From: Nemertoderma westbladi
Taxonomy: Eukaryota > Animalia > Xenacoelomorpha
Assembly: GCA_032718475.1 (NCBI GenBank)
Contig: JAUCBJ010004405.1
Span: 1-64,000 of the forward strand
Length of the DNA: 64,000 nt
Reading direction: 5' to 3'
A model generated the notes under the pieces. The model saw only the letters and a list, made by a program, of their open reading frames with translations, ran no database searches and was not told the origin of the DNA. Positions 45,131 to 58,617 of this stretch are shown piece after piece. The translations under genes were made by a program, and so were the position numbers. Every line of letters starts with the position of its first letter. Position 1 is the first letter of the stretch.

Positions 45131-46405
45131 AAACACGAAGTGGGGCCTTCGCGCAGCACGTGAAATGAGTTAATGCTAAGTATCAACTCGAAAGGATTAT
45201 AAAAACATAGGAGAAGATTTTCCCGGAAAACGTTAACCCTCTAGCGGGAGACTGGGTAACTGAAGAAGGAAGGATTAGTTTCCCTACAAAGCCACAGCCT
45301 ATGGTCTATTACATATCTACCAAGTTTCCGATTGACGGATCATAAATAACGAAATGTTGGAAGGTTTTCACTTTCATACATTTAGCCCTCTAGCGGCATA
45401 TTAAAGAACTACGGATCGATCACCTTCCTCACAAAGACGAGGCATGTGGTCTAGTACATACCGGTACTGTATATTCCAAAATTCAGCTTAAATAGATTAA
45501 GATCAAGGAATTCGCGAAGGTTATCACTTTCCTACATTTCGCCCTCTAGCGGCAGACTCGAAAACTCCGGACCGATTACTGTCCACACAAAGACTTAGGA
45601 TGTCTTCTAGTACATATATGACAAGTTTCAGCGTAATCAGATCATAAACAACTAAATGGAAGAATAATTTCACATTCGGGACATTTCGCCCTCTAGCGGC
45701 AGACTGGAGAACTGCAGACAGATTAGCCTCCTTTGAAATTTACAGCTAATGGTCTAGTACATACTTCCCAAGTTTCAGCTTAAACGGATTAAAAGCAAAG
45801 AAATGGGTGGCCATTTAATGTTTAGACATGTGGCCCTCTAGCGGGAGACTGGAAAACTTCGGACCGATTACAATCCACACAAAGACTCAGGATGTTATCT
45901 AGTACATATATGACAAGTTTCAGCGTAATCAGATCATAAACAACTAAATGGAAGAATAATTTCACATTCGGGACATTTCGCCCTCTAGCGGCAGACTGGA
46001 GAACTGCAGATAGATTAGCCTCCTTTGAAATTTACAGCTAATGGTCTAGTACATACTTCCCAAGTTTCAGCTTAAACGGATTAAAAGCAAAGAAATGGGT
46101 GGCCATTTAATGTTTAGACATGTGGCCCTCTAGCGGGAGACCATTGCACTGATGGTGTCTGAAAGTCTCTCAAAAATCTCAACTTTTGCTCATATTGATA
46201 CCTACAAATTTTCAACTTGGCAGCTTTAAATCCGACAAAGTTATTAGCATGTCAAAATCGTAACGACGACGACAACGACGACGACGACAACGACGACGAC
46301 GACAACGACGACGACGACGACGACGACAACTATTTGCATAAATTGACCCACCCCCTAACAGTGTCAATTCGCTAAGGCTCCGCCAACTTCGTGGCTCGCC
46401 CCACA
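45131..46405 (+). mobile_element. DINE-1/HINE-like element with 7 internal ~147-bp repeats and an (ACG)n microsatellite
   Basis: Subterminal inverted repeat cacgaagt/acttcgtg, tandem core and microsatellite near the 3' end. Related 5' ends at ~31701 (+) and ~34447-34477 (-). Confidence 0.6.
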
Positions 46406-48478
46406 ATGCTATTCCTATGGTGAAGGAGACAAATATAAAAAATCATCAGTTATTTCCTCTAAAAAGCACAAAGGAACTCCCTTTCAGCTCTTTAAGGGGA
46501 GAGTAATGAAGCTATGAAGTGGTCAGCTTGCCTGTGGCAGGTTTCTAAGCTAAGGTGGAAAAGCGATATGACAACATCAGCCTAATTAGTGGTGAGGTGA
46601 AGATGCCATGCGTAGGGGATCTGACCTGGTACACTCCAAATACCTCTGATAAGATGGATTCGGGATGGCAGGTCCACTTAGAACGGGGTTGGCCGCAATT
46701 TCAATCATTCGATGACTGCCTGACAAGCTTAACTTACAGTGCCGTATACTGCGGAGGGTCCTATCGCATACATAGGTAATGTTCTCAAATGGATTCATGT
46801 TAATAAGTCAAGAATCATAGGAAATGTAGGGGCCCCTAGGGTATCTCTACCAGTGTGTGTGTACCCAGGTGCTATATTAATATCTAGATGAAATAGCTTT
46901 GGAGGTTGGAGCATTGATCAATAATGCAATTAAATTGCCGCCATGGAGTTAGTCGTCGTTGGTAGTGAGATAGTATACAATTTGTCATGTACAATGTGTT
47001 GGGTTTTTTAAGGAAGGAGTTTTTGTAACTAACAACATTGCACATTTTATATACACGAACAATAATTATCCTACTGAAATTTTTGAAGGCGAAATCAATG
47101 TATCCATTTATTTTCGATAGTCTGGTTTGAGTCTTTCACTCCACAAACTACAAAAAGAAATAGAATCGGGCATTAAACCCAAAAATAGTACATACTCACT
47201 AAGGCCTTCAAAACAAAACATCTCCATGAATTCTGGGAAAGGAGCATATTATTCAAACCAAAACAAATAAACGAGAGTCAATAACAGTTTCATTGTATGA
47301 TCATCAGATTTATTTAGGTAAATTTTTCCCCGGAGAGGATTCCATCTTGATTGCGTCATTACCCCCCCCCCCCCCCCCCCCCCCCCATCCTCCACCTAGC
47401 TACAATGTTTTTATTGTTGTACCAGCTTTACTCGAATTGAAGAATCTATCCCTCTCAAACACAGGTGAGATTATCAAGAAAATTATCAAATTAAATCGAT
47501 AATACCAATGAGACTGATGGCATAAATAAATATATCATATAATATTAGTTAGTGGTGTGATTGCACATCCTGTCTGTTACACATTGAATGCCTTTAGCTA
47601 CAGATTTAATGCGATTTACTGCAGTAGCCCCACTACCGACATAACTAACGATTCGTTAGGCTGAGGCCAATCCGCATGTGGCAGGATGTAGCCGCACTCC
47701 TAGCACCAGTAGCAACATACCGGGTCCGGTGTGTGTCAATCCGACTCTGGCTAGCATAGCTTGGAAACCACGGAGAGGAAATCAGATTACCACAAGAGTT
47801 AAGTCAATTTGTAAAATGTATTTAGTGGCCGGTTCAAGTGAGAAAGTAAATTTAATCACGACCTTCGGGTGGCTGTGTTCGGCCGCCTCTGCTTGTATAT
47901 ATTGAGCTAAAAGCTCTATCTATGTTTTTCTTGCATTTAAGGTAGGTACAGTAGGAATTCCACTTTTTGTAAATTCCACTTTGGCATTCAGGTGGGATCG
48001 AGCTCTTGTACACCATGTCAGAAATCTAGCATCCCTACTACAACTATCAGCATGCTGCATTGCAGCTGCATTATATATATTACATATACATTTATAACTA
48101 CTACTAATTCACTCCATGAGGTCGCCAAAGCACAAGATTATGCACTGATTAGTCCTCACGGCGAAAGCAATGTCCTGCAAAGCGGAGGTAGATCCGTTCA
48201 AGTGTCAAGCTAGGGGAGAGTAATGGAACACCTCCAAGGTTGTATTGAGTCTGATTGGAGATGTGTTCATTGTACTTGACACAATGAACACGGTGCTCTC
48301 TTAGCAAAACATTAATTATCATTGCATTATCAGAACTTCTTTATAACTTAATGGCTAGGCCATCCTCTCACAGGCAAGTTTTGGTGGACCGCATGTTCCG
48401 TAGCTAAACGAACTTGTATTACAAAAGTTGCTCGAGTGGTGAGGTGGGCCTTAGTAGAAGAAACATCAGGCAAAACAC

Positions 48479-49329
48479 GGATAGTTATAAAACCCGAAAA
48501 AAACGAAAAGGACGAAATTATTAACGAAAATATCGAAATTATAAAACTTTAAATAAAATCTAACTTTCCAGTGAGATCGGTATTATTAGAAGGCACACTT
48601 TACATTTTTTAATTAATAAAATCCGATAATTTCGCCCCATTTTCGACCCTAAAAGTAATTTAATACCAAATACTGCCTCTGCTGATTGGTTGTTAGGGGT
48701 GATCCAATGATTGCAAAACACCACAAGATGGCGCTCAAATTAGGACAGTACAGTCAGAGTGCGAGTACAGTCAGAGTACAGTTATAGCGACTGCTGGACT
48801 GCAATTCTGTAGTTACGTTCACCTGTTCACATCCGCCGCGCCGCGTCACGTGCCTGACAGTCACTGTAGGCCTACAGTGCACACCTAGGCCAGGTAGCGC
48901 TAAAGGTACCGTATGCCGTAATGCAAACAACATTTCATATGGGAATTACATCGTTGCAGTATTGGGTTAGGGTACCGGACCGCTTCTTTCAACTTTGCCG
49001 CTTCAGGCTGTACCGTACCATATGCTTGTACTGTACAGTAATACACCAGTAGGCCCCTATACTGATCTGTTGATGCTGAGTCATTCATCCAAGCTGCCAT
49101 TATTGGTCAACACCCAACAACCAACCAGTAGACAGTATTTGGTATTAAATTACTTTTAAGGTCGAAAATGGGGCGAAATTATCGGATTTTATTAATTAAA
49201 AAATGTAAAGTGTGACTTATAATTATACTCATCTTATTGGAAAGCGAGATTTTGTAGATTGTTTGATAATTTTGATATTTTCGCTGATAAATTCGTCTTT
49301 TTCGTTATTTTCGGGTTTTACAACTATCC
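48479..49329. mobile_element. Mutator-like (MULE) non-autonomous element
   Basis: ~215-bp TIRs starting GGATAG and a perfect 9-bp TSD GCAAAACAC (48470-48478 and 49330-49338). Confidence 0.88.
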
Positions 49330-50449
49330 GCAAAACACAGCGCTGTTTTCTTGTATGAAACACTGAATTACTACAGCAACAAACTACAGGTATTACTGAC
49401 AATTTTCTTATATTGTAAGATACGGTACAATATAAAGTTGTGCAAAGTTATGTGCGTGTATGTTATTTTTCTGAGAATTTTTGATAATTATTTACGAGAG
49501 AATTTAAACGGCCCAGCCCAACAATTCAATATCATAAGGGTTGAGGAGAAATGCTATATAAAAATGACATGAATCAATTTCTAAACCAAGTTAATTAACT
49601 CAAGCTCCCATAGCTCTCAATGAAACTCTTTATGGTTATAATTGCATCATAAATCGAAGGCATGTGACTATAATGTAGATACAGTCCCACAGGAGTACCC
49701 AAGCCATTCATATATTGAATTATTAATATACTATTACTCAAACTGGAAACCATAAAGTCGGTTTCATTATAAGATTCCCTACTAAGGAAGTTGGCCTGGT
49801 TATTGCCTTTATAATTTATTAACTGTAAATTAATTACATCTTGCTATAAATGCATACTATGAGTAAACGTCAGTATACAATTACGTTAAATCTCTGCCAG
49901 TATAATTTCTATTTTGATTGATTTTAATATGTTAGTGCGTGAGTGCCTGGTGAGGATGGCTTTACTGCCAATAACAACCCAGATCAGGTGCACAGGAAAT
50001 TATGACTGTTTGAGATCCCAATAATGTTATCGGGCCCAGAGTTAGCAATATGGTCGGTTGGTGAGATAAATGTGATTAAAATAATATTCAAATATAATGA
50101 TTTTTTTTTTACATAAATCCATATTTATAAATTTACATTTTTTGACCTGGCCTCAACTTAAATAATCTACCTACTATATTACTGATATACTAATTAATAC
50201 CAAAATTATTTTGTAGTCTTATTCTAAAATTTGTATGCATTTTAGAATTTATATTTAGAGATAGCCTGTATATCATTCGTTTAACTACCGAGAGGGAATC
50301 ATGTTAGACCCCCCCCCCCCTTTTTATCTCTCGAAAAAACTTCGTAAGATGATCTTGTTGAAACAAATTTTGAAACAAATGTTGAAACAATTCATATTTC
50401 ATTTAATTATAAAAAATGTAGGTTATCCCCCCCCCCCCCCCCCCCCGGT

Positions 50450-50860
50450 AAGCAGCAATCTTTGCCCGCGAGAAAGCTTCGCCCGGAGCAATCTTCGCCC
50501 TTAAAATGAGCAACTATCGCCCGGCGGAAACCTTCGCCCGCAGGCAATCTTCGCCCCTGAGCAACCTTCGCCCAATAAACAATTATTGTTTTGGTTAGAA
50601 TAACCCATCTCTGTAACCTGCTCCTTTCCCTCAATAAGTAACACCATCGTTTATTGTTTTGGTTAGAAAAAGCCTTCTCTGTATCCTGCTCCTTTCCCTC
50701 AATTTGTTACTCAAATGGTTACTAACACAAATCTTATTGGACGAAGGTTGCTCGCGGGCGAAGATTGCCTTGCGGGCGAAGGTTCCACCGGGCGAAGGTT
50801 GTATGCGGGCGCAGATTGGACGCGGGCGAAGGTTGTACGTGGGCGAAGATTGCACCCAAC
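50450..50860. mobile_element. Foldback/MITE-like element with arms of repeated CTTCGCCCG / CGGGCGAAG units
   Basis: About six motif copies per arm in inverted orientation, around a duplicated ~55-bp spacer unit. Confidence 0.6.
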
Positions 50861-51603
50861 CCCCCCTCCCCTTAATTCTTTTGACTGAATATAATTTAAG
50901 ATAATTTTTTGTTTTTATTACTTTAGTAGGAGTATATAATACAATAGTATTCCATATTATATACAGACTAAATATAGAAGTTTTTTTTTTTTTTTTAATA
51001 TCCACAGAAGAGTAGGGAACAACGTCATATTAAATGCGCGGTTCACCACTTTAAACTAATTATTGACTTTATTCCCCGGGGTTCTATATAAAAAATGGAT
51101 AGCCACATGGCGCCAATATATGAGTACCAGCGTGTATGTAGGGAGGTATGTGCAGTCAGCTAGTAGTAGTAAGTAGTATATCCTGTACGGTAATGTATAA
51201 CACGTTATTGGTGGTGATGGACCAGCATGCAGGATGCCTGTACAGTAATTTGCATTGGTAATTTGCTCTCTCGGGCCCTGTAAAGAGAGCTACTTGGTCA
51301 AACCTTGCATCTATCTATCTATCACATGGTTAAAGAAGCAACCTAGTCCGCAGTCCATTTTCAACGTAATATTTTTGTAATATATGAAGATAAAAATATA
51401 TAAAAATTATATGGAGATGAAATAAGGGCCTAAATCTTTCTATCATATTTTTTTATATTTACATTATTCTATAATTTTTCATATTTTCTTCACATGTAAA
51501 GGATTCACAAGGAGCATAATAACCCTTTTCCTATAAATAATAGGAAAATGATTAAAACTTTTTGTGAGAAGGAAATAATTGACATATTTTATATAGCTTC
51601 ACC

Positions 51604-51793
51604 ATGTTACTATTGGGTATTGTTCTATTTGCAGGGTTTTCGGTTGCCCATAGCAACTCTATGCTCAAGTTAGCCCCAGCATTTGCTGTAAAAGATGTTG
51701 GTGAGGACATTGTCATGACTTGTACATGGTTTGGTTCGGGACGACCAATCAAATTCACTTGGGAATCTCCTAATGGTGATGAAATCGATACAG
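51604..51793 (+). CDS. NCAM: NCAM/fasciclin-2-like Ig cell-adhesion gene, exon for the first half of Ig1 (ATG at 51604 or acceptor at 51635)
   Basis: VGEDIVMTC...FTWESPNGDEI resembles NCAM Ig1 (VGESKFFLC...WFSPNGEKL). Phase-1 donor G|GTGGGT. Confidence 0.8.
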
Positions 51794-51859
51794 GTGGGTG
51801 ACATCTATTATCTATTCTGTAACTTTTGTTGGGCGCAGCTTTGCAAAGTCGACAATGAC

Positions 51860-51927
51860 GTCCATGTGGGATCGAACTGGTGACCTCAGTTTGGAAGTCT
51901 GACGCTCTAACGTTTGAGCTAGCGGCT
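51860..51927 (-). mobile_element. tRNA-derived SINE head / tRNA pseudogene
   Basis: Minus strand: GCCGCTAGCTCAAACGTTAGAGCG...CAGTTCGATCC. D-loop GG is missing and the acceptor stem is broken. Confidence 0.6.
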
Positions 51928-53878
51928 ATAAGCGGTAAAAGAAAGACTTGGAAATACTACGACCTGATACCTTGTATGTCCGAAATTTACCTCCTCATGG
52001 CTTCCCATCTGTCAATACCATATTCCACTGCCACTGTGCTCAATCCTACTGTACTTGGCCGTCTTTAACCACTCGCTTGAGAATCGCCTGAGCAATATTA
52101 TGTTAACAATAAACATAAACAATGATACAGTATGTGGCTTCTATCTATAAAAAATAACTTCACCTGGTCTACTACAATATTAAAAAGCTCGTTCCTATTT
52201 TCTGCAGCAATAGGCCTTCTTGATAATTTGACGTAAAAAAAGTCATCTTCTTAAAGCAACTTTTAGTTCCGCTCTGCCTCCCATAAGGTTTAAGGCGTTA
52301 CAACCACATTATTTCTCTAGCGTTTTGTACTTATTACCATTTCATAGATGAGGTACTTACTCTCCCAGGGGTATAGATTAAACCAGTCATCTCCCCCTGT
52401 TACAGCTGCTAATTATTCCACACTGTTGCATAGCATTCACTCTAGTTAGCCATATCTATGCTAATAAGCTTCTCTGTGCTAAATACCCCACCTGGGGGCC
52501 TATTATTATAAACTATCTGTCCCAACATTTTATATTCTGATCAAGTTGGATATGCCATCCATCACTTTTGCAAGTACATTGTACACTTTAGTATGGTAAA
52601 GGAAGAATATGTTGGGTGGTATATCATAATATATAATTTATAAGAAAGTTTGTGAGTTTAAATATATCGGTGTTTTGGAAAGAATAGATCATAAGATAAG
52701 GTTGACTATCTATCCCTGTATCCATTGCTGAATATATTCAGAAATAGTTTTATTTTGAATAAATGATTCATCAATTGTTTAATCCCCTCGGGTATTTATC
52801 ATCAACCTTGACTAACCTATCTGTTATTAATATATATGGTTTACTCTCGAGGTTTTATTGACTTGTCAGTTTGTACTCAGTAAGGTGTTATTCATAAACC
52901 CACATATTCTAAAGAGTGCCTCCTAATCTGAAAGATTAAAGTAGATCTAAATCCGAAATGTTTTGTTGAAAACATTCTGTAAGCCTGTTTATAACTAACT
53001 ACAGGAATATAAAGTTAGACCACTTTTAACTATAATTTATGTTGCCCTTTTATCTAAATAAATACACTGTACCTTAAATTTGGTAAATGTAGGCAACAAA
53101 ATCCAAAAATCACAGTAACCATTGGTGCGCACTCCAGCTTAGAGCTGTAATATAGTGGTGGACGATTAGGAGTAAAGACATATTATATGCTGTACAACGG
53201 TAACGGTACCGGTACCGCGGTAGTAATCTGATTCTTTATTAATAATAATGCAGATTCTGCTATCGAATTCAGCATTCCAGCACGCCCGCAACGCCCTCAT
53301 ATACATTCCTTTTTGTCAGTAATCATTCACCCTACCTCATTAGATATTATATACAATGGAAAACACGTAACCTGCCCTTAACCTATTCTACACAATTGGC
53401 CTACAGTTTAGGCTTACAGCAGAATCGTGATATCTGTATATTTCCTGTAGATCTCGAAATCAATCAAGGCAAGGACATACTTAAATTCATGTATTAAAAT
53501 TTGTGATTCGATATTTTGGTTTTTCAGACTTACTATTTATTTTATATTCGACATTTTGAATTTTGATATCTTTTGGGTTTCGATATTTTGTTAGCTTTTC
53601 TTACTTCTGTAGACAAATTTTAATAATTAACAATTTTGGGACTGTTTGTTAGTGTTAATGCGCTCCGTTTAGCAGTATTGCTTTCATAAATTATCAATGT
53701 ACCAATATATCGATATCTATTTCCACAAATTAGACTTTTCCTATTAGACTTGAAATTATGCATGACTTACTTGAGTATATGAATAACAATTGGTAAGCCG
53801 TGTTTTGTCCGTTTGTGACCATAAAACACTAGACATTTATTTATTCAAAACGATGAATCAAAAAAGGTTAAAAAATTT

Positions 53879-54480
53879 AATTCCCTGAAATTATTAGGTC
53901 ATGTAATTTGTAACTTTTATGGTGGGTTGAGAGATGGTTATTATATGATTGTTTCATTAATATATTATCATAAATAGTGCTGGGAAAAAATTAATGTAAG
54001 TTTGATCTGGGTGCCCCCCCCCCCCCCCCCGTCTAGATTGTTATTGAAAAGAAGCTAAAATTCCAATAGTTATTTTATCGATATATAAAAACTCTGCCTT
54101 AGCCATTCCTTAGTATGTTTGTGAGTTGCGGAAAATAACTCCTAACGTTTATTATTGTGTTATAAAAACTAAATGAAAATTCCCTGAAATTATTAGGTCA
54201 TGTAATTTGTAACTTTTATGGTGGGTTGAGAGATGGTTATTATATGATTGTTTCATTAATATATTATCATAAATAGTGCTGGGAAAAAATTAATGTAAGT
54301 TTGATCTGGGTGCCCCCCCCCCCCCCCCCCCCCGTCTAGATTGTTATTGAAAAGAAGCTAAAATTCCAGTAGTTATTTTATCGATATATAAAAACTCTGC
54401 CTTAGCCATTCCTTAGTATGTTTGTGAGTTGCGGAAAATAACTCCTAACGTTTATTATTGTGTTATAAAAACTAAATGAA
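53879..54480. repeat. ~300-bp tandem duplication (intronic)
   Basis: aattccctgaaattattagg... begins at 53879 and 54179; near-identical. Confidence 0.92.
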
Positions 54481-55640
54481 GAGTTATTATTATTCATTAT
54501 GTGTGCTTCCCCTACTGTGCCATGCTGCATGTTGTGGATACAGCATGCCACCACCAGCTGCTATCGTCAGAAAATACCTCAATAAAACCAACTAATTAGA
54601 TGATGGTATACTGAACTAGTTTGGCTATAAAAACGGATGTGCAAATAGAATCCATTGGGTACTTATTAGGATCCATGGGTGGTGATCCACTGTAATGAAT
54701 GTTAATACATACACTAGTTAAACAAACCTTCCTTTCAAAAACTAATTAAAATTCGAATACACTAAATCGCAAAATGATAATATCATATGATGTTATTATA
54801 GAAGAAGCGTAAACACTGGTTATAGTTTCATTTTTTTAGATTTTGTTTGTTCGATTAACCCCCTCCCCTTAAGTTTTGTGTATATATATCATCCAAAATA
54901 TTGTTAATGTCAGAGTTTTCTAACCAGAACAATAAACAAAACTTTATTTAATATGGTAACAATTTACCTGGAGATCGCTTTTTCAATTGCTGTCAATGTG
55001 CGATTAATTTGATAGAAATCTTTAGGCCTATATTAGAAACGAAACCCAAATAGCTGTGGACCGGTTTAACACATCTGACTGCCTAAATTATTCTTGGAAC
55101 ATTTTATTAGAATAATGTGAAATAAAGTGGAATGATTTTGTCTAATTGGCAATAAAAATCCAATAATTGAGTCCTAAGATAGATGAGAGATAACTGTAAG
55201 CTTTTCGGGACACTTTAGTTTTAGGATAAATCTTAGTTAGTTAGGTTAATTTGGACAATTTAGTTATTCATATTGATGGCGATTTACAATCTTGTTTACT
55301 AAACTATCACTTTTTGTAACCGTGGGAATACTCCGTGAACAAAATTCTGCCCAACGTTATCACGTAATATGTAATCCTCCCAAATTTCTATGGTGGGGAT
55401 TCCGTGACAATAATTTGGTCTACTTGTATTTGGAACTTGAATTTATAAACAAGTTTTACAATATTAATTTTCAAAAGATTTAGGACTTATTATGTAGCTG
55501 GTGTACATGAATCAAATAATGTGTAAATTAGTACAAAACAATGAATGAAATAGAATTTGGATTTTATGTTCAAAATATACAATTTTCAGGGAATTTTGAA
55601 TTAGCCTATATGAGGAACTTATTTATTTTCCTTATATTAG

Positions 55641-55787
55641 GTGGCCGGTTTCGAGTTGTTGACTCAGGGTCCAGTATTCAGCTTTATATCAACAATGTGG
55701 TACTGGAAGACAACAAGATTTACACTTGTAGAGTTGTTACTGAAGAAGATGTTCACATCACCAAGGAGTCAACACTGAACGTTAAAG
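55641..55787 (+). CDS. NCAM: NCAM-like gene exon, second half of Ig1
   Basis: AG/GT flanked, phase 1-1; RFRVV...LYINNVVLEDNKIYTC...LNVK (D-x-x-x-Y-x-C Ig motif). Confidence 0.88.
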
Positions 55788-56454
55788 GTAACCAGCTGTA
55801 AGATCTATTGTATAGTATTTTTGCGTGATATTTTCGGATATTTACATATTTTGAATTTTATTTAGTTAGGCTATAATTTCACAGTTTGATTAATTGTGAT
55901 TCAATGCAGTGTGAACGATGTATGACATGTTAAACTTACCAGTAAATGCAATTTGCTATCTGAGGGGTTTGTCGCATGTAATTTTTTTTACTACAGGTAG
56001 GCCTATAATTTCAGATTTTTCTTCCAAAAAAAACATTTACAAAAGTCTGCTGATGAAAATCGGCTTAATTCATTTTCGTTTTCAAAAAAAAATTGTAATA
56101 TAATGGTGTAAAATTCTCAAGTTGTATATTAGGAATTGAACATTAAATTAGAAAGCGTGAGTTATTAGTTCTTAGTAAGTATTAGTAAGTAATTAGTAAT
56201 ATAAAGTAAGTAACTAGTAATTAGTAAGTACTAATAACTGAATCCATCAAGGTTTATAGGACTTAAGTATTCGAATTACCAGTACCGGTTGCAACAAAAT
56301 AATAACAAAGACTTATTAGAAATACAGTAAAAGAAAATGGAATCTTGAATGCTATTCTACATTATTAATAAAATAATGTTTTTTCACATTATTTCCAAAA
56401 TGTATTACTAATACATTATTATTATATTATTGCAGTTATTCAACAATATTTATT

Positions 56455-56695
56455 TATAAATTATTAAGTAATTTAAACAGGTCTTAGAATGATCCAACTC
56501 TATAGCAAATGGAGCGGAAAAATGAATTCGCCACCAGCCATTGCCTCTATGGTATGGTGTAGTGGTCAGCATGCCTGAACGTTTATATGGAGACGCGGGT
56601 TCGATCCCCGCTGGTGGCGAATTCATTTTTTCCGCTCCATTTGCTACAGAGTTGGATCATCCTAATTTATATTTAAGTTACTTAATAATCTATAC
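56455..56695. mobile_element. Palindromic MITE-like element with a tRNA-derived core
   Basis: Arms 56489-56538 and 56610-56660 are near-perfect inverted repeats; A and B boxes lie in the loop. Confidence 0.75.
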
Positions 56696-56763
56696 AATCT
56701 ATGGATGTTAAACATATAAACAATAAGATTTATTTAAACTATATTTAATTTAAACTATTACAG

Positions 56764-56910
56764 TTCCGGTATCAATTTACAACGCCCCTCGAAGACAGGG
56801 TATACTGAAGGGATCAGATGACGTCATAGAGTGCCAGGCCAAGGGAAGTGATAACGTTGAGGTCAAATGGTTCAAAGGAGCTACAGCTAACGAGTTGGAT
56901 GTAATACAAA
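56764..56910 (+). CDS. NCAM: NCAM-like gene exon, first half of Ig2 (not in the ORF track)
   Basis: ttacag|...|gtaagt, phase 1-1. VPVSIYNAPRRQGILKGSDDVIECQAKGSDNVEVKWFK resembles NCAM Ig2 (FKNAPTPQEFREGEDAVIVC). Confidence 0.88.
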
Positions 56911-56960
56911 GTAAGTTCGATATCACTGTACATCTACTGAGAGTTACATTCATTCAGTTT

Positions 56961-58146
56961 TGTTCGCGCTTTCAGACCTTTGGCAGTTTAACCCGCCAAA
57001 TTAGGATGTCTTCTAGATAATAATTCGCTTTTAGCCTATGACAAGTATTTGATTCACTACACTAGTCGAAACCAATCTGTGCGCGATCATTCACCCGCTG
57101 GATATACCCGGGAGATTGGGTTCGACGGCTTAATCGTATTGCTATGTAGGCCTAATGTATTATTCGACTGACAGTATTATATAATCTCTGACAATATTAT
57201 TCACCTTCGGGAAATATTAACAGTTCCTTTAGGACGTGGCGCTCTACCTATATAAACAGAGTCATGACTTAAACTACTCACAACGATATGGCTTAGTTAC
57301 AATTCACATATATGGCGCATTCTTTAGGAAATGCTTCGTTATCAGTCTCACTAATACACAATGCTGCACAATACTGCACACTAATCTGCCGATCTTCACT
57401 GATTTTAGTCACATATAAAAGGAACACGGACCGAATCATGTAGGGTCTATCAAATAACATTAGATTCACTTCAAACCACTTTAACATAAGTCACAATCGT
57501 TATATGTAACCTTTCTCTCTTACCTTCGGTACATCAAGAATATTGGGTTTTCGGGGTTATTTATCGTTATTCCAAATATAATAATTCATCAACCATATTA
57601 TGAAGAACTGACAGTAAATAGCAGTATAACAATATAAAAGTATGCACAGGTTGTTTGATTAGGTATGGTATGTTATGTTTAGTTGAGTTGAGATAACGGA
57701 TATATGTCCTTATAATTAAGCCTACTAGTGTAAGACTAAAAACTGAAAACACGGAGGTGCCAAAAGCCGGTTCTTAGGCTCTGGGCAAAAACATACCACT
57801 GAACTACTGAGCCTCTGTATACACCTCCAACACAGAGACAACAAACGCTCTGATTGGTCAACCGAACAACGAGAGAACAAAGAAACAAAGAAACGTCGAC
57901 GTGGCAATATCAGCTGTTAGCCATCGTCATGGTAGCGACACTGTTTTCAAGAGTATCTAGCTTATCGCGTCACGAGATTGTGGATTATGTCCTCTAAAGT
58001 ACAAATACAGTACAAATACATAAGAAATGACTTTTATGTCCTCTAAAACACCAGTACAGCAAGGACACGGCCTTTTTATGCCTGGCAAACCAACTACAGA
58101 GTACTTTAAGGGAAAATAACCGGTTAATGACGCAAAAGCTTTTACA
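56961..58146 (-). repeat. 3' LTR of element 3 (1186 bp)
   Basis: Homologous to 28067-29242; PPT at 58147-58154. Confidence 0.92.
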
Positions 58147-58172
58147 CCGCTCCCAGAAAATGGGATTTAAGT

Positions 58173-58617
58173 CTATAAAATATAACAAATCACAGTTTCT
58201 AAAATATAAAAATACTCTAAACAGTTAGTCTTTCTTACGCAGACGGCGTTTACGCAGTTTTTTGAGGCTAGCAAGAGTCCTTTTCTCTTTGGGGGGAGCC
58301 ACTTTACTAGGAGGGCCATAACTCCTGGGTGAAGGGTGCAATATGATTGCATCAGAAGGTGTAGGATTATGGTCGAGGTATCTGCCGTTTCGATATGCTT
58401 CTCCTCGAGCTGATTTTCCTCCGCTCGTAGCTGGATACGTTCATCCAAAAACTCTCGCAGAGAATGGGGTTGTCTAAGTGCGATATCTTCTTAGAGATTC
58501 TGGATTTCACAATCGAACTGAGATAAAGACAATTCGTTTATCGCTTGGACTTGCTGTTACAACTTACGTTTATCTGAACAAACGTAGGTTTCCTTTCTGA
58601 TCTTTGTAGAATAGCGT
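58173..58617 (-). pseudogene. Decayed C-terminal continuation of the element 3 accessory ORF
   Basis: After one frameshift it reads PVKRYSTKIRK...KL*QQVQAINE...QNL*EDIALRQ...LDERIQLRAEE. The two TAA (58557, 58491) look like CAA>TAA changes. Confidence 0.55.

Noticed and set aside
42300-48300. Short ORFs (42464, 43831, 46555, 47678, 47992) as exons or transposase relics
   Set aside because: No recognisable motifs or consistent splice phases.
51860-51927. Functional tRNA gene
   Set aside because: Acceptor and T stems do not pair; treated as SINE head or pseudogene, as for 15912-15984, 39183-39245 and 56548-56620.
58518-58567. 50-nt GTAAGT...CAG intron downstream of the accessory ORF
   Set aside because: Very short, and the region reads better as a continuous coding frame with CAA>TAA mutations.
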